The notes beneath the pieces are model-generated. The model saw nothing but the letters and a program-made list of their open reading frames with translations, had not been told where the DNA came from and did not search any database. This document shows, in pieces, positions 1 through 9,182 of a stretch of 64,000 bases of DNA. The position numbers and the translations under genes were made by a program. The DNA is from Nitrospirota bacterium (GTDB lineage: Bacteria > Nitrospirota > Thermodesulfovibrionia > Thermodesulfovibrionales > JdFR-85). Each line of letters opens with the position of its first letter. Within the stretch, counting starts at the first letter, position 1. The stretch lies in contig JAADGG010000067.1 in NCBI GenBank assembly GCA_013152485.1, positions 15,902 through 79,901 on the forward strand. The letters are read 5' to 3'.

Positions 1-1
1 G

Positions 2-601
2 GCCCTAAGGGATGCCGGTGCAGAACTGGTCGAGATCAGCGCCATCTCAGAGGGGGGCCTTCCGGACATCGATGCCCTCTATATCGGCGGCGGGTTTCCC
101 GAGACCAATGCCATAATGCTGTCGGAAAACATCGAGTTCAAGAACTCCCTGAGGCGTGCTGTCGAAGAGGGGCTGCCGGTCTATGCCGAATGCGGCGGCC
201 TCATGTACCTGGGCCGGGAGATCGAGCTCGACGGCAGGAACTACCCCATGGCGGCGATTCTGCCCATAAGCTTCAGGATGGAGGGCTCTCCCGTGGCTCA
301 CGGGTATACCATGGTGGAGGTGAAGGAGGATAACCCCTACTTCAGGAAGTCCGCCTCCTTGAAGGGTCACGAGTTTCATTACTCCAGGGTCGTTGACCAT
401 GATCCGGACCTCAAGATGGTCTTTGCCATGAAGAGGGGCAAGGGCATAGACGGGAGCTCGGACGGTATCGTCTACAGAAACGTCCTTGCAACGTATACGC
501 ACCTGCATGCACTGGGCAGTCCTGAATGGGTCTGTGGTATGATAAGGGCTGCGGAGTCCCATGCGCGCAACAGACGCGGAGCAAGGTCTCACTGCTCCTG
601 A
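2..601 (+). CDS. dsrN: CobB/CbiA-family amidotransferase, 5'-truncated at the window edge. By context it is likely the sirohaem amidase DsrN.
   Basis: Frame 2 is open from nt 2. The translation (..LPDIDALYIGGGFPE..VYAECGGLMYLG..GHEFHYS..ATYTHLH) matches the C-terminal glutamine-amidotransferase domain of cobyrinic acid a,c-diamide synthases. The gene lies directly upstream of dsrC/dsrMKJOP. Confidence 0.7.
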   Translation, partial: ALRDAGAELVEISAISEGGLPDIDALYIGGGFPETNAIMLSENIEFKNSLRRAVEEGLPVYAECGGLMYLGREIELDGRNYPMAAILPISFRMEGSPVAHGYTMVEVKEDNPYFRKSASLKGHEFHYSRVVDHDPDLKMVFAMKRGKGIDGSSDGIVYRNVLATYTHLHALGSPEWVCGMIRAAESHARNRRGARSHCS

Positions 602-612
602 CATGATCGGAA

Positions 613-1266
613 ATGTCTTACAGGGAACTTAAAAGAAGGGTCGAGAAGATGCTCCTCGAGGGTGACACGGCCGGGCTTTCAGCACTCGCAAAAGAGTATC
701 CTCGCACGATAAGCGCACTGATAGGCCTTTCCTACGACAAGGAGTCGCTTGTGGCGTGGCGCGCCATAGAGGCGGTCGGGTCCGTGGTTGGGGAGATAAC
801 CCGCAGGTCTGCAGGCGCAGGCAGGAACATAGTGCAGCGGCTCCTGTGGTCCATTACGGAGGAGTCCGGAGGCATAGGGTGGTCTGCCATAGAGATGCTC
901 GGGGAGGTGGTGAGAAACCGCCCTGATGACTACAGCGACCTGATACCGATAATCATCGGACTCTTTGACGAGCCCATATTCAGGCCCGGTGTCCTCTACG
1001 CCATATGCCGTATCAGCGAGCGGACCAGTGTTCCGTATGACGCAGTCAGGGATCTGCTCAGGGAGGCCCTGGCCGATGAAGTCCCGGAGGTGAGGGGCTG
1101 GGCCCTCCTGACGCTGAAGTGCCTCGGAAAGTCTCCGGGAATGGACCTGGATGCAGCCGTCAGGGATCTCATGAATGATGGTTCGAAGATCAAGGTTTAC
1201 CGGAACGGGGTCTTGACCGAGTGCTCTGTCAAGTCCTTGGCCGAAGAGCTGGCCGGGGCCTGTTGA
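613..1266 (+). CDS. Hypothetical helical-repeat (HEAT/armadillo-like) protein, 217 aa
   Basis: The ATG lies 12 nt after the dsrN stop. The protein has repeated helix-turn-helix-like segments (..AWRAIEAVG.., ..WSAIEMLGEV.., ..VRGWALLTLKCLG). No catalytic motif was recognised. Confidence 0.6.
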   Translation: MSYRELKRRVEKMLLEGDTAGLSALAKEYPRTISALIGLSYDKESLVAWRAIEAVGSVVGEITRRSAGAGRNIVQRLLWSITEESGGIGWSAIEMLGEVVRNRPDDYSDLIPIIIGLFDEPIFRPGVLYAICRISERTSVPYDAVRDLLREALADEVPEVRGWALLTLKCLGKSPGMDLDAAVRDLMNDGSKIKVYRNGVLTECSVKSLAEELAGAC

Positions 1267-1292
1267 CTTCTTTAAAAAAGAGTTTATATAAT
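1263..1292 (+). promoter_or_regulatory. Candidate sigma-70 promoter (TTGACT-N18-TATAAT) for the 1310 gene
   Basis: TTGACT lies at 1263-1268 and TATAAT at 1287-1292. The predicted transcript would have only about a 10-nt leader and no Shine-Dalgarno sequence before the ATG at 1310. Confidence 0.4.
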
Positions 1293-1309
1293 CAACGGTT
1301 CATTCAAAA

Positions 1310-1681
1310 ATGAGAGAGAGAGAAGATAAGAGCGTCCTGACCGAACCGAGGTGTCCCTTCTGTCGCGAGCTCTTCGAGAGACCGCACGACGTCACGACCG
1401 ACCTCGGATTCTTCCAGGGCGGGAGCTGTCGTTGCGGAGCCGTCTATGCCTATGACCCTACCGGACGCAACCTCGGCGAGGCATTTGTCGATGCCCTTAC
1501 GTACGCATGCAACGAGGACTGGTCGCTGGCATGGGGGTTGGTTCCTGAGGAGGACTACATCCAGAGCATACTGAGTTACAACCTGAGGACGCACAGGGTG
1601 TCACCAAAGCAGGGAATGACGCAGAGGGGAACCACGGGAAAGCTCATCTTCATAAAGCTCCTGGAAGGGGTGACGGAGTGA
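1310..1681 (+). CDS. Small hypothetical Cys-containing protein, 123 aa (CPFC...CRC motif, zinc-ribbon-like)
   Basis: This is the only sizeable ORF in the interval. It carries CxxC (CPFC) plus CxC (SCRCG) motifs. No family was recognised. Confidence 0.55.
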   Translation: MREREDKSVLTEPRCPFCRELFERPHDVTTDLGFFQGGSCRCGAVYAYDPTGRNLGEAFVDALTYACNEDWSLAWGLVPEEDYIQSILSYNLRTHRVSPKQGMTQRGTTGKLIFIKLLEGVTE

Positions 1682-1749
1682 GACTCGAGGAGCGTACGGG
1701 CGGTATTTCCCCGATAAAGGCTTGTGATTGGATGATAAATTTTTTTAAT

Positions 1750-1777
1750 TTGACCATCGGGATGCTTCTGTATTAAT
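1750..1777 (+). promoter_or_regulatory. Candidate extended -10 promoter for dsrC (TTGACC-N16-TGTATTAAT)
   Basis: An AT-rich stretch upstream of dsrC contains TTGACC at 1750-1755 and TGT+ATTAAT at 1769-1777. Confidence 0.35.
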
Positions 1778-1864
1778 GTTTATAACCTTTGTGGTTGTGG
1801 CGGTCGCAGTTTTGTTCGTAAACGGGATTTTTCCCAGAAAATACAGTATAAGGAGGTTTTAACG

Positions 1865-2200
1865 ATGCCGACAATTGAGTTTGAGGGCAAACAGATCGAG
1901 GTGGATGAAGAGGGTTATCTGCAGAATCTTGATGACTGGTCAGAAGGGCTTGCCAAATATATGGCTGAGCAGGACGGTCAGGAGCTGACGGAGGAACACT
2001 GGGAAATCATCAACTTCCTCAGGGACTACTACCAGAAGTACCAGATCGCTCCCATGATCAAGATTCTCGTAAAAGAGATCAAGAAGAACATGGGTCCTGA
2101 GAAGGGCAACACCAAGTATCTCTATCAGCTGTTCCCGGATGGTCCGGCAAAGCAGGCCTGCCGGTATGCCGGATTGCCGAAGCCGACCGGCTGCGTATAA
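1865..2200 (+). CDS. dsrC: DsrC, the sulfur-carrier subunit of dissimilatory sulfite reductase (TusE/DsrC family)
   Basis: The 111-aa protein has a strong SD (AAGGAGG). Its C-terminal arm ..AKQACRYAGLPKPTGCV carries both conserved cysteines, the penultimate Cys and a second Cys ten residues upstream. This pattern is typical of true DsrC. Confidence 0.95.
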   Translation: MPTIEFEGKQIEVDEEGYLQNLDDWSEGLAKYMAEQDGQELTEEHWEIINFLRDYYQKYQIAPMIKILVKEIKKNMGPEKGNTKYLYQLFPDGPAKQACRYAGLPKPTGCV

Positions 2201-2224
2201 TTCGCTGCGATGAATTAATATTTT

Positions 2225-2267
2225 AAGGATTGGTGCCCCCTGTAGAGACTACCGGGGTGCCATCCTT
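2225..2267 (+). other. 15-bp RNA hairpin directly after dsrC, with no U-tract
   Basis: AAGGAUUGGUGCCCC ... GGGGUGCCAUCCUU pairs fully if two G-U wobbles are allowed. It may be a 3' stabiliser or an attenuating structure. Confidence 0.35.
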
Positions 2268-2444
2268 AGAACAAAATACCCGAAGGTTGTTCATAAGGCT
2301 CCGGAGGGTTAACCCGGGCAGAGAGGCGTTGAAGCCCCGGACGGGAGGAGTCGAGGGGTTGAGCGTACGCCCTCTCTGCATCTGGAGTGTGACAGGTCTG
2401 TGAAGACTTTTGGTTGATATCCGAAGGAGCGGGCTAAACTGGTC

Positions 2445-2957
2445 ATGGAATTGAAAGATCTTCTTAGAGAGAAGAGATCGTTAATACTGAAAAAGTGGTT
2501 TGATCTAATACTGGAGACTTATCCCTCTGAAACTTCAAGTTTTTTGAAAAAGCACAAAAATCAGTTTTCAAACCCGGTAGGACATACTATCTCTGAGGGG
2601 ATAGAGGGACTCTTTGAAGGACTTCTTGAGGAGTCCGGCACAGACAAGATCTCACCCTTTCTCGATAACATTATCAGGGTTCGGGCAATTCAGGAATTCA
2701 CCCCCTCGGAGGCAATCGGTTTTATCTTCCTTCTGAAGAAAGTGATCAGGGAAGCACTGCAGAGAGAGATTCGGGAGCACCAGCTGCATGACGAGCTGTT
2801 GAGTTTCGACTCCAGGATAGACGACCTCGTCCGTACGTCTTTCGATATATACATGAAATGCAGGGAGCAGATCTACGAAATCAGGGCCAACGAGGTCAAG
2901 AAGATGACCTTCAGGTTGTTGCAGAGGGCGAACCTGGTGAAAGAGATTCAGGATTGA
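2445..2957 (+). CDS. dsrT: RsbRD-N-terminal-domain-like protein in the position of DsrT
   Basis: The 170-aa helical protein begins ..LILKKWFDLILETYP.., which resembles the RsbRD N-terminal domain. It lies immediately upstream of dsrM, as dsrT does in sulfate reducers and green sulfur bacteria. Confidence 0.55.
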   Translation: MELKDLLREKRSLILKKWFDLILETYPSETSSFLKKHKNQFSNPVGHTISEGIEGLFEGLLEESGTDKISPFLDNIIRVRAIQEFTPSEAIGFIFLLKKVIREALQREIREHQLHDELLSFDSRIDDLVRTSFDIYMKCREQIYEIRANEVKKMTFRLLQRANLVKEIQD

Positions 2958-3034
2958 CCGCTTAACCGGTAAGAACGATAGCCTGTCTGAGGCTTTTGAG
3001 GTTTCCATCATAAAAAGTGAAAGGAGGTTGCTAA

Positions 3035-4027
3035 ATGGGCGCATTGCTTTCCTTTTTCGTCGTCATAGTGCTCGTCCTGATCGCCCTTGTAGGGGTCAAG
3101 GGGGCGGGCTTGTATGTTCTCTTCGGAACCATCATTCCCTATGCAGCAGTTGCGACATTTATCCTGGGAGTGATTTTGCGCGTCATAAAGTGGAGTCGCT
3201 CACCCGTGCCTTTTCATATTCCCACAACGTGCGGGCAGGAGAAGTCCCTTCCGTGGATCAAGTACAACAAACTTGAGAGTCCCGCCGGCACACTGGGTGT
3301 CATAGGGAGGATGGCCCTGGAGGTGTTGCTGTTCCGTTCCCTTTTCAGAAACCTGAAGACCGAGTTGAGGGAAGGGCCGAAGCTGGTGTACGGATCGAAC
3401 AAGTGGCTCTGGCTGGCCGGCCTGGCGTTTCACTGGTCGTTTCTCATAGTGCTGATCAGGCACCTGAGATTCTTCACTCACCCTGTCCCGGAATTCGTGA
3501 ACATCATCGACAGTCTCGACGGTTTTCTGCAGATAGGGTCGCCGCATCTCCTGATGACGGGAGTGGTCCTGCTGCTGGCGGTAACGTATCTGTTTCTCCG
3601 CAGGGTCTTCATTCCGCAGGTCCGCTACATATCCCTGCCTGCCGACTATCTGCCGCTGTTCCTGATCATCGGGATCGCCACGTCAGGCATACTGATGCGG
3701 TATTTCTACAAGGTCGACATCATCAAGGTCAAGGAGCTGACCCTTGGTCTGGCCACTTTCAGCCCCGAGGTCCCGGCAGGGATAGGGGCTGTCTTCTATG
3801 TCCACCTCTTCCTGATCAGTTCGCTTTTTGCCTACTTCCCATTCAGCAAGTTGATGCACATGGGAGGGGTCTTCCTCAGTCCAACCAGAAACCTGGCCAA
3901 CAACAGCCGCATGAAGAGGCACGTGAATCCGTGGAACTATCCGGTCAAGGTCCACACATACGAAGAGTATGAGGAAGAGTTCAGGGAAAAAATGAAAAAT
4001 GCTGGAATACCAGTAGAAAAGGAGTGA
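3035..4027 (+). CDS. dsrM: DsrM, a NarI-like membrane haem-b subunit
   Basis: The 330-aa polytopic membrane protein is the first gene of the MKJOP series and has a good SD (AAGGAGG). Confidence 0.9.
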   Translation: MGALLSFFVVIVLVLIALVGVKGAGLYVLFGTIIPYAAVATFILGVILRVIKWSRSPVPFHIPTTCGQEKSLPWIKYNKLESPAGTLGVIGRMALEVLLFRSLFRNLKTELREGPKLVYGSNKWLWLAGLAFHWSFLIVLIRHLRFFTHPVPEFVNIIDSLDGFLQIGSPHLLMTGVVLLLAVTYLFLRRVFIPQVRYISLPADYLPLFLIIGIATSGILMRYFYKVDIIKVKELTLGLATFSPEVPAGIGAVFYVHLFLISSLFAYFPFSKLMHMGGVFLSPTRNLANNSRMKRHVNPWNYPVKVHTYEEYEEEFREKMKNAGIPVEKE

Positions 4028-4031
4028 GATA

Positions 4032-5657
4032 ATGGCGAAACCAACAAAACCACCAAAACCTGAAGAACTCGTAAAGATAGACTATAATCCTCCTGAAAAG
4101 CCCTGGATGGAAGTGCCTGTTGAATTCAAGCCCGGTACCTTCTGTTACGGTACGAGGCCAAAGTATCTCGAGGAAGTCGGGCTTCCCAATCCGCGGGAGT
4201 GGTCTCCCACGGACGACGACTGGAAACTGCCGTCGGACTGGAAGGATATAGTGCTGGACGGTATCGGGGAGAGGCTCAAGAAGTACCGTTCCTTTCAGCT
4301 CTTCATGGATATCTGTGTAAGGTGCGGGGCGTGCGCCGACAAGTGTCACTTCTTCATCGGCTCCGGAGACCCGAAGAACATGCCGGTCCTGAGGGCCGAA
4401 CTCATGAGGTCCGTATACAGGAAGTATTTCTCCACCGGAGGCAAGCTCTTCGGAAACCTTGCCGGAGCAAGGGAGCTGACCTTCGACGTGTTCAAGGAGT
4501 GGTGGTACTATTTCTACCAGTGCACCGAGTGCAGAAGGTGTTCGGTTTTCTGTCCCTACGGCATCGATACCGCTGAGATAACCATGATGGCGAGGGAGCT
4601 CTTCAACCTGCTCGGTTGCAACACCGACTGGATTGCCGGACCGGTGGCGAACTGCTACAGGAAGGGCAACCACCTCGGCCTGGAGCCCCATACCATAACG
4701 AGCAACATCGAGTTCATGCTCGACGACATCGAGGAGATTACGGGAATCAAGATCGAGCCGACCTTCAACAGAAAGGGTGCCGAGATCCTCTTCGTGACGC
4801 CTTCGGGCGACCTCTTCGGTGACCCGGGCACCTATACCTGCATGGGCTATCTCATGCTCTTCCACGAGCTCGGTCTGGACTATACATGGAGCACGTATGC
4901 TTCCGAGGGAGGAAACTTCGGCTTCTTCACGTCGATGGAGATGGCGAAGAGGCTGAACTACAAGATTTACGCAGAGGCCAAGCGGCTCGGAGTGAAGTGG
5001 ATTCTCGGCGGGGAGTGCGGCCACATGTGGAGGGTTGTGCACCAGTACATGGATACATGGAACGGCCCGGCCGACTTCCTCGAAGAACCGGTCTCTCCGA
5101 TCACCGGCACAAAGTTCGAGAATGCAAAGACGACCAAGATGGTCCATATAGCGGAGTTTACGGCGGACCTGATCAAGCACGGCAAGCTGAAGCTCGATCC
5201 GAGCCGTAACGATCACCTGAAGGTGACGTACCATGACTCCTGCAACACGTCCCGCGGCATGGGGATTCTCGAAGAACCCCGGTATATCCTCAAGAACGTA
5301 TGCAATCATTTCCACGAGATGCCGGAGGACACCATAAGGGAGAAGACGTTCTGCTGTGGAAGCGGTACCGGACTGAATGCAGGCGAGAACATGGAGCTCA
5401 GGATGCGCGGCGGTTTCCCGAGGGCGAATGCCGTCAAGCATGTACGGGACAGTCACGGGGTGAACATGCTCGCCAATATATGCGCCATCGACAGGGCGAC
5501 GCTGTCGGCGCTGATGCAGTACTGGGTCCCGGACGTGGAAGTCTGCGGTGTTCACGAACTGCTGGGTAATGCCCTGGTGATGACCGGCGAGAAGGAGAGA
5601 GAGACCGATCTGCGCCTTGAACCCCTGCCGGGAAAGGAGGAAGACGAGGATGTATGA
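4032..5657 (+). CDS. dsrK: DsrK, an HdrD-like Fe-S/CCG-domain subunit
   Basis: It carries two ferredoxin-type motifs (CVRCGACADKC, CTECRRCSVFCP) and a CCG-type motif (FCCGSG). Confidence 0.92.
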   Translation: MAKPTKPPKPEELVKIDYNPPEKPWMEVPVEFKPGTFCYGTRPKYLEEVGLPNPREWSPTDDDWKLPSDWKDIVLDGIGERLKKYRSFQLFMDICVRCGACADKCHFFIGSGDPKNMPVLRAELMRSVYRKYFSTGGKLFGNLAGARELTFDVFKEWWYYFYQCTECRRCSVFCPYGIDTAEITMMARELFNLLGCNTDWIAGPVANCYRKGNHLGLEPHTITSNIEFMLDDIEEITGIKIEPTFNRKGAEILFVTPSGDLFGDPGTYTCMGYLMLFHELGLDYTWSTYASEGGNFGFFTSMEMAKRLNYKIYAEAKRLGVKWILGGECGHMWRVVHQYMDTWNGPADFLEEPVSPITGTKFENAKTTKMVHIAEFTADLIKHGKLKLDPSRNDHLKVTYHDSCNTSRGMGILEEPRYILKNVCNHFHEMPEDTIREKTFCCGSGTGLNAGENMELRMRGGFPRANAVKHVRDSHGVNMLANICAIDRATLSALMQYWVPDVEVCGVHELLGNALVMTGEKERETDLRLEPLPGKEEDEDV

Positions 5658-6048
5658 CGCTGGAAAGATCCTTATAGGACTGATAATATTCTTGGCCTTT
5701 GCGACGTTTCCTTTTTACAGCAACATGGGTAAGGCTGTTGCCAAGCCTGATCCGAAGATAGACACCCCGGTGATTCAGCAGTTGGAAGTCAAGAAGTGTG
5801 TGGAGTCCAAGGAGTTCATGAGGGCGGAACACATGCAGCTGCTGAACGAGTGGAGAGATGCGGCACTCCGCCGCGGCGAAAGGGTCTACAAGGGGTCTGA
5901 CGGGAGGACGTTCCAGATCAGTTTCCAGAACCAATGCCTGAGATGTCATTCCAACAAGAAGAAGTTCTGCGATGAATGCCATAGCTATGCGGCTGTCAAA
6001 CCATACTGCTGGGATTGTCATTTCGCTCCAAAGGAGGCCAAAAGATGA
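5650..6048 (+). CDS. dsrJ: DsrJ, a periplasmic trihaem cytochrome c
   Basis: It has three CxxCH motifs (CLRCH, CDECH, CWDCH) and an N-terminal membrane anchor. The ATG at 5650 lies 9 nt after AGGAGG and overlaps the end of dsrK. The ORF-track start at 5617 is less likely. Confidence 0.9.
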   Translation: MYDAGKILIGLIIFLAFATFPFYSNMGKAVAKPDPKIDTPVIQQLEVKKCVESKEFMRAEHMQLLNEWRDAALRRGERVYKGSDGRTFQISFQNQCLRCHSNKKKFCDECHSYAAVKPYCWDCHFAPKEAKR

Positions 6049-6836
6049 GCATTAGTAGAAGGGATTTCTTGAAGATAGCTGGGCTCTCCAGCCTTGGTAT
6101 TGGATTTTCGGCTACTGATCTGCTCTGGAAAGATAGAGCTGAAGCTGTAGAATATATGTCGTCCCCCAAGGGCCTTACGGCAAAGAGATGGGCGATGATT
6201 GTGGATTTGAAGAAGTTCAAGACAGAGGAGGACTACAGAAGGGTCATCGATGCATGCCACCGTATTCATAACGTTCCGGACTTCGGTAACCCGAAGGACG
6301 AGGTGAAGTGGATATGGACCGATACATTCGAGCACGCCTTCCCTTTTCAGAAGAACGAGTACCTGCCTGAGGGGATCCAGGAGAAGAAGGCCCTGCTGTT
6401 CTGCAACCACTGTGACAATCCTCCGTGCGTGAGGGTCTGTCCGACCAAGGCCACGTTCAAGAGGAAGGACGGCATAGTCGCTCAGGACTACCACCGCTGT
6501 ATCGGTTGCAGGTTCTGCATGGCGGCCTGTCCGTTCGGTTCGAGGAGCTTCAACTGGCGCGATCCCAGGCCTTTCATCAAGGAGATGAATCCGGAGTTTC
6601 CCACGAGGACCAAGGGTGTCGTCGAGAAGTGCAACTTCTGCGTGGAGAGACTGGCAAAGGGGCTCGGACCCAAATGTGCGGAGGTCTCCAACGGCGGCCT
6701 GATATTCGGCGACCTTGCCGATCCCGACTCGGAGGTTCGAAAGATACTGAAGACGCACTATACCATACGTCGCAAGGCTGAACTCGGAACACGGCCCAGT
6801 GTGTTTTACATAATAGGAGGTGATGAAGATGCTTGA
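6045..6836 (+). CDS. dsrO: DsrO, a periplasmic 4Fe-4S ferredoxin-like subunit with a Tat signal
   Basis: An ATGA overlap couples it to the dsrJ stop. It has a twin-arginine motif (SRRDFLK) and several Fe-S motifs ([30 protein letters not shown]). Confidence 0.9.
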   Translation: MSISRRDFLKIAGLSSLGIGFSATDLLWKDRAEAVEYMSSPKGLTAKRWAMIVDLKKFKTEEDYRRVIDACHRIHNVPDFGNPKDEVKWIWTDTFEHAFPFQKNEYLPEGIQEKKALLFCNHCDNPPCVRVCPTKATFKRKDGIVAQDYHRCIGCRFCMAACPFGSRSFNWRDPRPFIKEMNPEFPTRTKGVVEKCNFCVERLAKGLGPKCAEVSNGGLIFGDLADPDSEVRKILKTHYTIRRKAELGTRPSVFYIIGGDEDA

Positions 6837-8007
6837 GAAGGCATTGACTGGAAGTCGGCGATACTGGGGATGGATATTCTTTCTGCTTGCCGTTATCGGA
6901 GTGGGTTTCATATTCTACCTCCGTCAATTTGCATACGGCCTGGGTATCACGGGCATGAGCAGGGATGTCTCATGGGGCCTCTACATAGGCCAGTTCACGT
7001 TTCTCGTGGGAGTCGCGGCATCGGCGGTGATGCTCGTCATCCCGTATTACCTGCATGACTTCAAGAAGTTCGGCAAGATCGTGATCCTTGGAGAGTTCCT
7101 GGCTGTCTCCGCTGTGACCATGTGCATGCTCTTCATCTTCGTCGACATGGGACAGCCGATAAGGATAATGAACGTTGTGCTCCACCCCACGCCCAATTCG
7201 ATCATGTTCTGGGATGCCATGGTTCTCAACGGATACCTCTTTCTGAACATAGTGATCGGATGGACTACGCTCGGTGCCGACCGCAAAGGGGTCGCACCGC
7301 CGTCATGGGTGAAGCCCCTGATATACCTGTCCATTCCCTGGGCGGTCAGTATACATACGGTAACGGCATTCCTCTATGCAGGTCTTCCCGGAAGGCCCTT
7401 CTGGCTTTCGGCCATCATGGCGGCGCGATTCCTTGCATCAGCCTTTGCAGCCGGACCGGCACTGCTCATCATACTGGCCCTGATAGTCAGGAAACTCACG
7501 AAGTTCGATCCGGGAAAGGAGCCCATTCAGGCACTCGGAAAGATCGTTACCTACGCCATGGTGGCAAACGTCTTCTTCCTGCTGCTCGAGGTCTTTACCG
7601 CGTTCTACAGCCAGATCCCCGGACATATGCACTCATTCGAGTATCTCTACGCCGGGCTGGATGGACACGGTAAACTGGTTCCCCTCATGTGGACGTCTGC
7701 CGTACTCGCGGTCGTCGCCCTGATACTGCTGATCAATCCCGGTACACGCAGGAAGGAGTCCCTGCTTGTGGTTGCCTGTGCCGCGGTCTTCGTCTCCCTC
7801 TGGATCGACAAGGGGTTCGGATTGATCGTCGGAGGTTTCGTGCCGAATCCCTTCGAAAGGGTGACCGAGTACTGGCCTACGATGCCGGAGACCATGATCA
7901 CCATCGCGGTATGGGCGATCGGATTGCTGGTCCTCACGGTCCTGTACAAGGTGGCCGTATCGGTCAGGGAAGCACAGCTCGAATCGGGTACGGACTCCAC
8001 CCATTAA
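6829..8007 (+). CDS. dsrP: DsrP, an NrfD/PsrC-like integral membrane subunit
   Basis: It is a roughly 10-TM protein. The ATG at 6829 lies 8 nt after AGGAGG and overlaps the dsrO stop. Confidence 0.9.
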   Translation: MLEKALTGSRRYWGWIFFLLAVIGVGFIFYLRQFAYGLGITGMSRDVSWGLYIGQFTFLVGVAASAVMLVIPYYLHDFKKFGKIVILGEFLAVSAVTMCMLFIFVDMGQPIRIMNVVLHPTPNSIMFWDAMVLNGYLFLNIVIGWTTLGADRKGVAPPSWVKPLIYLSIPWAVSIHTVTAFLYAGLPGRPFWLSAIMAARFLASAFAAGPALLIILALIVRKLTKFDPGKEPIQALGKIVTYAMVANVFFLLLEVFTAFYSQIPGHMHSFEYLYAGLDGHGKLVPLMWTSAVLAVVALILLINPGTRRKESLLVVACAAVFVSLWIDKGFGLIVGGFVPNPFERVTEYWPTMPETMITIAVWAIGLLVLTVLYKVAVSVREAQLESGTDSTH

Positions 8008-8089
8008 GTTTGAGGATTTTGTTATTATATATGGATAGCCGCTGTCCATGGCGATCAGATTATTCAATATGGTAAGGAGGTGAAGTGAA

Positions 8090-8278
8090 TTGTATATCGT
8101 AACCGTTGATGCAGACAAGTGCGAGGCATGCGAGGAGTGCGTCAATATCTGCCCTCAGGGTGTTTTCGAAATGAACGGAGACAGCAAGTCGGATCCGGTG
8201 AACAGCTCAGAGTGTGTGTACTGCGAAAGCTGTCTCGGCGTCTGTCCTCCGGAAGCCATAACCATTACGGAGATGTAA
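8090..8278 (+). CDS. Small 2x[4Fe-4S] ferredoxin
   Basis: The 62-aa protein has CEACEECVNICP and CVYCESCLGVCP motifs. It uses a TTG start 9 nt after AAGGAGG. Confidence 0.85.
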   Translation: MYIVTVDADKCEACEECVNICPQGVFEMNGDSKSDPVNSSECVYCESCLGVCPPEAITITEM

Positions 8279-8313
8279 GCATTGATCCGAAATCCGTGAT
8301 CGGGCAGTAAAAA

Positions 8314-8341
8314 GGGGCCTTCCACAAGGGAGGCCCCTTTT
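8314..8341. terminator. Bidirectional intrinsic terminator between the dsr operon and tusA
   Basis: GGGGCCT-N10-AGGCCCC is flanked by AAAA on the left and TTTT on the right. It sits between convergent genes. Confidence 0.7.
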
Positions 8342-8379
8342 CATATTGTTATGTGTGGATTTTTACTGCTGAAGGGGGG

Positions 8380-8631
8380 TTACTTCTTCTGTATGTATAT
8401 CTCCCAGTATCCCTTGTCTTCCACCTTGACGGTCTCGATCGGGTAGCCCTGCTTCTCGCAATACTTTGGAATGGAGTCTTCCACCGAAGCCTGTGCATCG
8501 CTGATGACCTTGAGCACGTCTCCACTGTTGAGTTTCTCGATCTTCTTCTTTGTGAGTACCAGGGGATACGGACATACCCTGCCCAGTACATCGAGTGTTG
8601 CTGCCGGTTCAATAGATTTCAAGTCTGCCAT
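8380..8631 (-). CDS. tusA: TusA/SirA-family sulfur carrier
   Basis: The 83-aa protein carries the CPxP active-site motif (LGRVCPYPLV). Confidence 0.85.
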   Translation of the reverse strand: MADLKSIEPAATLDVLGRVCPYPLVLTKKKIEKLNSGDVLKVISDAQASVEDSIPKYCEKQGYPIETVKVEDKGYWEIYIQKK

Positions 8632-8766
8632 CTAAGCCTCCTTAGCTGTTTTTTTGTTTTTGCATCCAGCTCCACTGAGGACACTGAGAAGTAGCAGGCG
8701 TTTGATATCCTGACGCTGCCCCATACTTGTCCGTGTCTTCAGAGGTCGCTTCACTGCTTGTTTCGT

Positions 8767-9180
8767 TTAAAAGAACATCAGATGATCGGCTGACTCGAGG
8801 TTCTTCTGGATCTCGTCATACGGTACCACCTCGGTGGTGACCTCTCCGCCGATCTCTTCGGCATCCATCACGATCGAGTCCTCCGTGAGTCCGAAGGTGT
8901 CGAGGTCCTCCTTGCACACCAGCACTTTGAGGTCGAGCAGAAGTGCATTCTTGATGTGCATCTCGAGGCTTGTCACCCCGTACATGTCGAGCGCCTTCTG
9001 CTCCTTGAGGCAGTTCAGTACCCCTTCACCGACAAATATCAGTACGGGCTCGACATTGTCGCCGTCTTCGAGGTGTATCTCCACTGTCTGGCTGGCGATC
9101 GCATGTGTAAGGGCCAGCCTCGAGGTCTCTGACTTGTAAGGGAGCTTCTCAACGATAAACGCGATTTTCTTTATGGCCAT
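8767..9180 (-). CDS. DsrE/DsrF-family protein, most like DsrF/TusC
   Basis: The 137-aa protein aligns by eye with TusC (..KIAFIV.., ..VLVCKEDLDTFGL.. versus E. coli ..CWVCAASLRERGL..). AGGAGGTG lies 8 nt upstream. It is tightly coupled to the preceding gene. Confidence 0.65.
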   Translation of the reverse strand: MAIKKIAFIVEKLPYKSETSRLALTHAIASQTVEIHLEDGDNVEPVLIFVGEGVLNCLKEQKALDMYGVTSLEMHIKNALLLDLKVLVCKEDLDTFGLTEDSIVMDAEEIGGEVTTEVVPYDEIQKNLESADHLMFF

Positions 9181-9182
9181 TG

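Noticed and set aside
3981-5555. A 524-aa ORF antisense to dsrK. Similar long antisense or off-frame ORFs occur at 14693-15559, 21831-22808, 25643-26350, 35166-36431, 37532-38518, 38277-39179, 50121-51233 and 61373-62503.
   Set aside because: They lie entirely opposite or out of frame to genes with unmistakable family motifs. Their translations are low-complexity and Arg/Pro/Gly-rich, as is typical of shadow ORFs in GC-rich DNA.
8632-8724. A 30-codon minus-strand mini-ORF (MGQRQDIKRLLLLSVLSGAGCKNKKTAKEA) whose TAG abuts the tusA ATG. It looks lipoprotein-signal-like.
   Set aside because: It has no Shine-Dalgarno sequence and its lipobox is imperfect (Gly at -3). The tusA SD lies inside it, and it is too short to evaluate without comparative data. 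It is left unannotated.
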